64,000 bases of DNA, taken from a virus. Positions 57,992-64,000 of the stretch are shown piece after piece. The DNA is taken from the IMG/VR virus record IMGVR_UViG_3300033141_003629, positions 5,636 to 69,635 of that record; one strand, written 5' to 3'. Within the stretch, counting starts at the first letter, position 1; each line of letters begins with the position of its first letter. The notes under the pieces were generated by a model. The model was not told where the DNA came from. It saw only the letters and a list, made by a program, of their open reading frames with translations, and ran no database searches. The translations under genes and the position numbers were made by a program.

Positions 57992-58726
57992 TTATACATT
58001 ATATAATGCCTTTACTCTTTTTCTACAAGAATAAAACGGAACTTTATTTATATACAAATTTTTTGGAGTTAAATTTAAAAGTATTTCTGTGATTGGCTTT
58101 TCTATATAGCCTGGTAAGTGCAATAAATCTACAATCATTTTTCTTTTTTCAAATTCTTCTTCTGTTTTAGGTACATCTAGCAAATTATCGCTCTTATCTC
58201 CTTTAATTTTTTTTAATAGAATAGCTTCAGGATTTTTTACTATTTTAAATTTTTTTGTATAAGGAGAAAATATTCTTACATTTGGAACTATACATAACTG
58301 CTGTAGGTCTTCGTCTGTTGAAATAATAATCTTTTCATCATAATCATCTAAAAAACGTACTGCACAAGAAGCTATATCATCAAATTCTGCTTTATAGATT
58401 TTTATAAAATGCCAGGGCATACAAGTTTTTAATCTTTCTACCAACTCATTTGCTTCTTTGAACATTTCATTCCAAAAATCGGCGTCTTCTTTTTCTTCTC
58501 TTAAAGCTTTTCTTTGTGCTTTATAATTTGGGTCAATTTCTTTTCTCCAACTCCCAAAATCTATCCCAACAATAACAGTATCATCTAATGTTGTTCCTAA
58601 CTTTTTTAAATACCCCAAAATTTGAATTAAATACAAATAAGGCATTGGACATGTAGAATTATTTCTAAAAGCAAAAATGCTTTTAAATTGAATGTTTGCG
58701 TGGTCTATTATAATGAGTTTCTTCAT
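57992..58726 (-). CDS. 5'-3' exonuclease (T4 RNase H/FEN-like)
   Basis: IIID, SWRK....YKA.R, E.DDI, ISTD.D..QL, GDKSDN. Confidence 0.9.
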   Translation of the reverse strand: MKKLIIIDHANIQFKSIFAFRNNSTCPMPYLYLIQILGYLKKLGTTLDDTVIVGIDFGSWRKEIDPNYKAQRKALREEKEDADFWNEMFKEANELVERLKTCMPWHFIKIYKAEFDDIASCAVRFLDDYDEKIIISTDEDLQQLCIVPNVRIFSPYTKKFKIVKNPEAILLKKIKGDKSDNLLDVPKTEEEFEKRKMIVDLLHLPGYIEKPITEILLNLTPKNLYINKVPFYSCRKRVKALYNV

Positions 58727-58760
58727 TTTATAAGTTTTTAAAAAATTTCTAATTTAATTC

Positions 58761-59201
58761 TCATTCTTGTGTTCTTGTTTCTTCTTTTCTTAAATACTTT
58801 AGCAAAGTTTGAGCAGTGATAATGCCCTTATTGCAAGCATCTACATAAGCACTAAGAATATTTCTTACCTTGATATAACTTCTAACATTATAATGGGCTT
58901 GTGATTTGATTGTTGCATCAGTTATTTTTTTCTTAGATTCTGTGGCTTCATTTCTTAATCTCAACGCTTCATAATCTTCCTTAGATTCTTTATATGACTG
59001 TGCTACTTGATAAAGAGCGTGTAAAATTTGAACAGCCCCAGTATAGAAGGCTAAAGCTCCTTTCAAATCTTCTTCTGAAGTTAAAACATTGGCTAAAAAT
59101 TGGCTTCGATATTCATTAAGAACATCAAAAATTTCTTTGTAATCCACGAAAATTTGTTGAAGATTTTCTTCATTTTCAAAATATTTGCTATATTCTTTCA
59201 T
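58761..59201 (-). CDS. helical protein, UvsY-like recombination mediator candidate
   Basis: All-helical; K.TDA.IK motif; context. Confidence 0.4.
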   Translation of the reverse strand: MKEYSKYFENEENLQQIFVDYKEIFDVLNEYRSQFLANVLTSEEDLKGALAFYTGAVQILHALYQVAQSYKESKEDYEALRLRNEATESKKKITDATIKSQAHYNVRSYIKVRNILSAYVDACNKGIITAQTLLKYLRKEETRTQE

Positions 59202-59779
59202 TATTTATTCTCCTTATTATAAGGGCAGGCATCACATGCATAGCCCAACGTACAGATAGTTGTTTCGTCTTTTTTGCAAATTCCTTTAACAATAAATGGT
59301 CTAGCTTCTTTATTATCTTCAATAGTCCAGTGTTTAGGTTTTTTATCTTTATGCACCTCCTTGAGTCTTTTTACATGAGAAGCAAAATCTTTTACCAATT
59401 TTAAATAACCCTTGCCATTATACATTCTATCATCTTTTAGCTTATTTGAAACTGTAGCATCAATTAAAATAACAATACATGCAAGTGCATGGGCTAAATG
59501 GGGAAGTTCTGAATCTGGGTCTATTGTTTGGCCTTCAAACCACTTTGTCATATGTCTCAAACAGGCGTCATAATAAATAGATGCTCTAACTCCTGCTGCT
59601 CTCCAATTTGCACGCCCATATTTAAGTGCACCATCCAATAATGCTAAAGTTCCATAAATAGTTGCAGACATTGGAAATAGGTGAAGTGGAAGCTTATCAC
59701 TGCCTATGAGGTCTTTTGGATTTGTGCTTTTCAAATTTTTAGAATTTTTATCTTGGTTGATTTTATCTGATTCGCTCAT
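59201..59779 (-). CDS. dATP/dGTP diphosphohydrolase-domain protein (DUF5664-like)
   Basis: NPKD..G..K.PL.L.P, GA.KYG..NWR, YY.A..RH..W..G...DPDS.LPHLAHA. Confidence 0.9.
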   Translation of the reverse strand: MSESDKINQDKNSKNLKSTNPKDLIGSDKLPLHLFPMSATIYGTLALLDGALKYGRANWRAAGVRASIYYDACLRHMTKWFEGQTIDPDSELPHLAHALACIVILIDATVSNKLKDDRMYNGKGYLKLVKDFASHVKRLKEVHKDKKPKHWTIEDNKEARPFIVKGICKKDETTICTLGYACDACPYNKENK

Positions 59780-60090
59780 CGATTGTCTCCTTTTCCTTTT
59801 ATTTTATTCCGACCTTGTCTATCTTTTAATTTTTTTAAATTTTCTTCTGCTATTTCTGAAAAATCTAATTTTAAAAGTTCACATAAAACAGCTAAATACC
59901 AAAGAACATCGCCAATTTCTCTTGATATTTCTTTTTTATTTAAAACATTATCTCCTCTTAAAAACTTTTTAAATTTTTCTGCTATCTCCCCAGATTCTCC
60001 ACAAAGACCCAAGACCATGCGAGTGAGTGTATTATTATTCTTTATTAAAGTTTTCTTTGCTTTTTTTTGATATGTAGTGAATGTAATCAT
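59776..60090 (-). CDS. MazG-like NTP pyrophosphohydrolase
   Basis: LGL.GE.GE.AEK.KK, EIGDVLWY, N..KL..R......G.GDNR. Confidence 0.92.
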   Translation of the reverse strand: MITFTTYQKKAKKTLIKNNNTLTRMVLGLCGESGEIAEKFKKFLRGDNVLNKKEISREIGDVLWYLAVLCELLKLDFSEIAEENLKKLKDRQGRNKIKGKGDNR

Positions 60091-60716
60091 TATTTATTCC
60101 AATCGATAGGAAATTTCTCTTTAATTGCTTTTACTGCGTCTTTTACAGAATAAAAAACATCTCCTCCACTACTCATAACCATTTCAAGCAAAGTAGAGTT
60201 TGCTTCTGTTTTAGTTTGGTCTGGGAGAATCAAGAAAATGGGGATATCAAACATTTCTGCATAAGTAACTTCGCGGATTGTTCCTATTGTTCTCACATTT
60301 TTCTCCATATATACACAAATAAAATCAGAACGCAAAACTGCCTCAATATCTCCCCAAAAATCCAAATCCCTTCGCTCATTGCCATCTATCAAGTAGCGAT
60401 TGCGTAATTGCTTCATAATATCTACTTTATGACCTCTTGGATTAATTCTACCCCACCATATTTTTCTCATTTCTTCTTGAAACTTTTGCCAGTGTCCCGC
60501 CTGTTTTAAACCAACTACATACCCAACGTGTTCTCCAGACTTCTTACCTGTTTTTTGTGCTTCTCTCTCAACGGGGTCATAAATATCCACAAGTGGGTGC
60601 CGAAGAGCATCTTTGATTTCGGCTTTCCAGTCTTCTTTATGGCCTTCTTTAACCTCTTTATTATGTTCTATTGCTGAAGCTAGATATGTTGTAAGTAATA
60701 GCTTTATATTATGCAC
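60090..60716 (-). CDS. nucleoside 2-deoxyribosyltransferase/Rcl-like protein
   Basis: YLAS.I, YDP, D...V..SD......., GT..E..YA....IP. Confidence 0.7.
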   Translation of the reverse strand: MHNIKLLLTTYLASAIEHNKEVKEGHKEDWKAEIKDALRHPLVDIYDPVEREAQKTGKKSGEHVGYVVGLKQAGHWQKFQEEMRKIWWGRINPRGHKVDIMKQLRNRYLIDGNERRDLDFWGDIEAVLRSDFICVYMEKNVRTIGTIREVTYAEMFDIPIFLILPDQTKTEANSTLLEMVMSSGGDVFYSVKDAVKAIKEKFPIDWNK

Positions 60717-61710
60717 TTAAATCAACCCCCTCTAGGAACTGCGTTACTGTATATAAATCAGTCGAATAGCCTAAACCAGATTCGGGAATAACAAACCCCC
60801 CAGTATTTAAATAAACCGGTACTGCTGTTGGGATTCCAATTAATTCAGAATTTTCATTAAATAACCCACCACCAGAATTACCAAAGGTAGTAGTATTATC
60901 GGTAACATAAAAATTCACTAAATGATTACTAAGGATTCCTTTTGAAATAGTTCTTAACATTGAAAGGGGGTTTCCAACACTATATACTGGACTTCCGATT
61001 TTAGGAGCTTCTGTTGCTAATTTAATTTCTACAAAATTTCTATCTACAAAATTAGTTCTTAATAGAGCCAAGTCCTTTTTTTCATCATATTTAACAACCT
61101 TGGCCCCATATATAACTGTGCCTTCGATTGAATCAATATCATTGTTTAAATTATATCCGATTAAAGGATTTATTTCTTGTCCTTCTGAAGAATTTATTGT
61201 ATTTTCTATAACGTGATAACAAGTTAAGATATAGACAGAGTCTCGATTTATTTTTATAACTGTTCCAGAGCCTAAACTATTTTTACATCTTACAAAAACA
61301 CTTCCTCTAAGTAGTATATCAATATTAACCTTTTCTTCAGAAAACTTCTTTTTTAGTTTCTCATTGAATTCTTGTATTTGTACTTTAAGTGTGGAACGCA
61401 GTTTTTCTATTAATTGACGAATTTCTTCCGTATCTTTTTCAAGTGTTGTCTGTGTGCTATTTAATTCTTGGTTAAATCTATTTTGTATAGTTAAAAAATC
61501 TTTTTGTAATTTTAGAGACGCTATAGATATATCTGCTTGATATTCATATCTTATGTTTTGAATTAAGTTTTGGGTTGTTTCTAATACTTCATAAATTTGA
61601 TAATCTAAATTAATCATTTTCTTATTTAGGTCATAAAGAGCAAATCCCATTAATACTATAATCCCAACAAAAATAACTCTAGCAATAGTACTTACTAATT
61701 TTTTATACAT
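60709..61710 (-). CDS. membrane-anchored trypsin-like serine protease with coiled-coil stalk
   Basis: N-terminal TM; GSG, LTCYHV, DLALL, GNSGGGLF. Confidence 0.9.
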   Translation of the reverse strand: MYKKLVSTIARVIFVGIIVLMGFALYDLNKKMINLDYQIYEVLETTQNLIQNIRYEYQADISIASLKLQKDFLTIQNRFNQELNSTQTTLEKDTEEIRQLIEKLRSTLKVQIQEFNEKLKKKFSEEKVNIDILLRGSVFVRCKNSLGSGTVIKINRDSVYILTCYHVIENTINSSEGQEINPLIGYNLNNDIDSIEGTVIYGAKVVKYDEKKDLALLRTNFVDRNFVEIKLATEAPKIGSPVYSVGNPLSMLRTISKGILSNHLVNFYVTDNTTTFGNSGGGLFNENSELIGIPTAVPVYLNTGGFVIPESGLGYSTDLYTVTQFLEGVDLSA

Positions 61711-61720
61711 TTGTTCTCCT

Positions 61721-62467
61721 TTATTTTACTTCTAAATAACGATGCAAGATACTATTGATAAACGCAATTCCAGCAAGTGTTCTTTTTTGTGAATTTGCTT
61801 TCCCTGGCAACTCTAAAGCAATTGTATATTCTGCACCCAGTTTTTCCATAGGCACTTCAATACCTTCATCACATTTGGGGGTATTTATTACTCCCTTATT
61901 TACTCTCATTTTATAAATTGTTTTGCTTTTAGTATAGGGCAAAATCTTTTTTATATCTTGCAAAGCAATTTCTGCTAGTGAAGGTAAATTTTCTAGTTTT
62001 CTTTCATATGCATATGGTCTTTCTTTTCCTATATCTGCATGTATATCCATAAATAAATTTACACTTACAGGAATATTATCATATAGCACAGCCAATTCTT
62101 GCACGTTGGAATTTTTTATAAAGTTCCTTTCGTCATTTGTATCTTGATTTGCTCCATTCATCCTATTATTAGTTTCATAGCCCCAAGGATTAACTATTGG
62201 ATAAATAAAAACATTATAATACTTGAATAATTCTTGATTAAATTGTTGTATCCACTTTAATAAAATATGCACCGAAAAATATTCATCCCCATGCTGTCCA
62301 CTTACAATAACAATATTCTTTTTGGCTGTTTTAACAATATGCATGATAGCAATTATAGGATACACTCTATTAAAATAAGATACATAACCAATAATTTCTA
62401 CTCGAAATGGAATACGAAGATTTATAATTTCATTCAGTAATCGTTTATAAGACCTATAATATTTCAT
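61721..62467 (-). CDS. M14-family zinc carboxypeptidase/deacylase
   Basis: GQHGDE, P.VNPWG, R.N....D.N, DIH, LE.P. Confidence 0.85.
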   Translation of the reverse strand: MKYYRSYKRLLNEIINLRIPFRVEIIGYVSYFNRVYPIIAIMHIVKTAKKNIVIVSGQHGDEYFSVHILLKWIQQFNQELFKYYNVFIYPIVNPWGYETNNRMNGANQDTNDERNFIKNSNVQELAVLYDNIPVSVNLFMDIHADIGKERPYAYERKLENLPSLAEIALQDIKKILPYTKSKTIYKMRVNKGVINTPKCDEGIEVPMEKLGAEYTIALELPGKANSQKRTLAGIAFINSILHRYLEVK

Positions 62468-62481
62468 CTTTTATTCCTTTT

Positions 62482-62733
62482 TTATTTTTTCCTATTTTCA
62501 AATTTCATTCTTATAAATACTCCAATACCACAAGCAAGAGAATAAGTAAACAACAATCCAAACGTAGAAGCATCTTGTATAGCAAAAGCAATCAAGCTTA
62601 AATAAACTGTCATATATGTTGTCATAAGAAAAGATGCTAGCCAGGTTTTCTTTTTTTGAAGTGCTATTAAAAACCAAGTATACAATATAGTTTCTAACAT
62701 TCCAACAATAAAAATAAATATATATTTATTCAT
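62482..62733 (-). CDS. small 3-TM membrane protein
   Basis: Hydrophobic; A.F..., Y....G.G pattern. Confidence 0.65.
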   Translation of the reverse strand: MNKYIFIFIVGMLETILYTWFLIALQKKKTWLASFLMTTYMTVYLSLIAFAIQDASTFGLLFTYSLACGIGVFIRMKFENRKK

Positions 62734-63001
62734 TTTTAAACCTCTTGGCTAATTTGATAATATCGTGCTCTACTGTTTCGAGTGCTTTTATATCATCTTT
62801 TAACATATTAGCAAGACCCGCTATATTATGCCGGTCTCCGATTATTTTTAATTCTCCGGCTATAATTTTTAATTGAAGATATAATTCTCCCAATCGCTTT
62901 GCATCATTGCAAAATTCTATATAATTAGGATTAGAAGATTTGTAATCAATCCCATATTTTTTACATGTTTGAACAATAGCGTCTGAAATATTTTTATCCA
63001 T
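62726..63001 (-). CDS. hypothetical protein
   Basis: 91-aa helical ORF overlapping the next gene. Confidence 0.55.
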   Translation of the reverse strand: MDKNISDAIVQTCKKYGIDYKSSNPNYIEFCNDAKRLGELYLQLKIIAGELKIIGDRHNIAGLANMLKDDIKALETVEHDIIKLAKRFKNE

Positions 63002-63014
63002 TTTGTATTTTTAT

Positions 63015-63052
63015 ATACAATAACTTGTATGAATTAATACATATGTTTGTAT
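63015..63052. promoter_or_regulatory. tandem ATAC-N8-GTAT palindromes (operator-like)
   Basis: ATACAATAACTTGTAT (63015-63030) and ATACATATGTTTGTAT (63037-63052), intergenic. Confidence 0.5.
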
Positions 63053-63104
63053 AAAAGTATTCTCTTATTTTATTTTCTTTCTCTTAAAAAATTTGACAAT
63101 TGCT

Positions 63105-63359
63105 TTATTCAATATCTCCATTTTGCTCTCTAGCTTCATTTTCTCTTTTATCCAAAAATCTTCTTCTAAATTCATCTGCACAGTGGTGGGCAGCATATAC
63201 TACATCGTGTAGATTAGAATATCTAAATTTTCTAATTGCCATATAAGCTTTCATCAATTTAAAAATACAATATTCTAGCTCTCCCTTTGTTTGTATTTCT
63301 GGAATCTCATTCAGAATATTATTAAACTTCGTTCTTTCTGCTGGTCTTATATATGGCAT
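63105..63359 (-). CDS. conserved phage protein (DUF6899-like)
   Basis: MPYI...R, GEL.Y, Y, EF.RR....E......NGDI. Confidence 0.75.
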   Translation of the reverse strand: MPYIRPAERTKFNNILNEIPEIQTKGELEYCIFKLMKAYMAIRKFRYSNLHDVVYAAHHCADEFRRRFLDKRENEAREQNGDIE

Positions 63360-63375
63360 ATTATTTTCTCCTGTT

Positions 63376-63576
63376 TTACCTCTTAAAAATTTGCCCCCTC
63401 TTTTGCTTAGCCTCTTTCAGCATCTCAGCTTCTGCTTCATCTAATTTACGTTTTTCGGCTCGTAAATACATGCAGACATTACAGGTTATTGGTAGAATAG
63501 ATAAGAAACTGCATTTAAAAATATCGTGACCAGTCCTCTACCGATATTCTTCGTAGATAGCCATAAAGATATTCAT
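63376..63576 (-). pseudogene. 66-codon ORF interrupted by one in-frame TAG
   Basis: AAGGAGG SD; MNIFMAIYEEYR*RTGHDIFKC...CNVC...QIFKR. Confidence 0.6.
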
Positions 63577-63605
63577 TTACCCTCCTTCGCTCGCTCGGTC
63601 ATAAT

Positions 63606-64000
63606 TCAATCTTTTCCATATTCAGCCAAAAGCTTCATCCCATAGTGCAGGATTTTGAGGTATATTCTTTCCCCTGCGGCCTTCCGTAGGGCGTATGCGG
63701 CGACCTCTACGGCCTTTACGGCGGCCTCTGCGGCCCGTGCGGCAGCCCCTGCGCCCCTTGTGGCGGCCAGTGCGGCTTCCCATGCGGCCCATGCGGCAGT
63801 CCATGCAGCGGCACCTTTGATATCCCATGCGGCCAGTGTGACGGCCAGTGCGACATCCCATGTGGCTACGGCCCCTGCTGCCACCCGTGCGGCATCCTTA
63901 TTCTTCTTGCTTGGGTTTTTTATACACCTCTTCACCATTTCAATGGTTCGGTGAGGCCGCTTGTCTCCAGGGTGCTCTTTCTCATAAATACCAATAACCT
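63606..64000 (-). CDS. Imm5-like / Ala-Trp repeat protein, 5'-truncated by the window
   Basis: Frame is open to the window end: IYEKEHPGDKRP...IE, then AAW-type repeats; locally GC-rich. Confidence 0.7.
   Translation of the reverse strand, partial: VIGIYEKEHPGDKRPHRTIEMVKRCIKNPSKKNKDAARVAAGAVATWDVALAVTLAAWDIKGAAAWTAAWAAWEAALAATRGAGAAARAAEAAVKAVEVAAYALRKAAGERIYLKILHYGMKLLAEYGKD

Noticed and set aside
63622-63954. Arg/Gly-rich and antisense ORFs over the last gene
   Set aside because: Frame shadows of the GC-rich Ala repeat
1-64000. Alternative genetic code
   Set aside because: All large genes are intact under code 11 with high coding density; TGA is used in many ATGA overlaps
1-64000. Archaeal host, suggested by PolB and the AEP primase
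   Set aside because: Peptide deformylase, SpoVG, ClpP, RecA-type motifs and a TTGACA/TATACT promoter point to bacteria

Overview
This AT-rich 64-kb window is part of a large tailed dsDNA bacteriophage genome, read in standard code 11, with two convergent gene blocks meeting at about 29.59 kb. The + block (1-29592) is virion morphogenesis: fibre genes, probable portal, prohead protease/scaffold, major capsid, neck, tail tube, chaperones, tape measure and tail tip. No sheath gene is visible, so it is siphovirus-like. The - block (29582-64000) holds a sugar-nucleotide/glycosyltransferase cluster, host-like genes (ClpP, BT1-type MFS, M50 protease, peptide deformylase, SpoVG), SbcCD, a C5 methyltransferase, PolB in frame with an HD hydrolase, the terminase, two RecA-like genes, an RNA ligase, a primase-ATPase, a 5'-3' exonuclease and nucleotide-pool enzymes. 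Shine-Dalgarno sites, a sigma70 promoter, SpoVG and PDF indicate a bacterial host. I found no tRNA, rRNA, CRISPR array or integrase. The best candidate for an undescribed system is a phage-encoded glycan pathway that may decorate Thr-rich collagen virion fibres. Other notable signals are non-canonical GC hairpins after high-copy genes, a PolB-HD fusion with an internal start, and an sbcC duplication scar around the methyltransferase. All product calls come from motif recognition by eye, not database searches.
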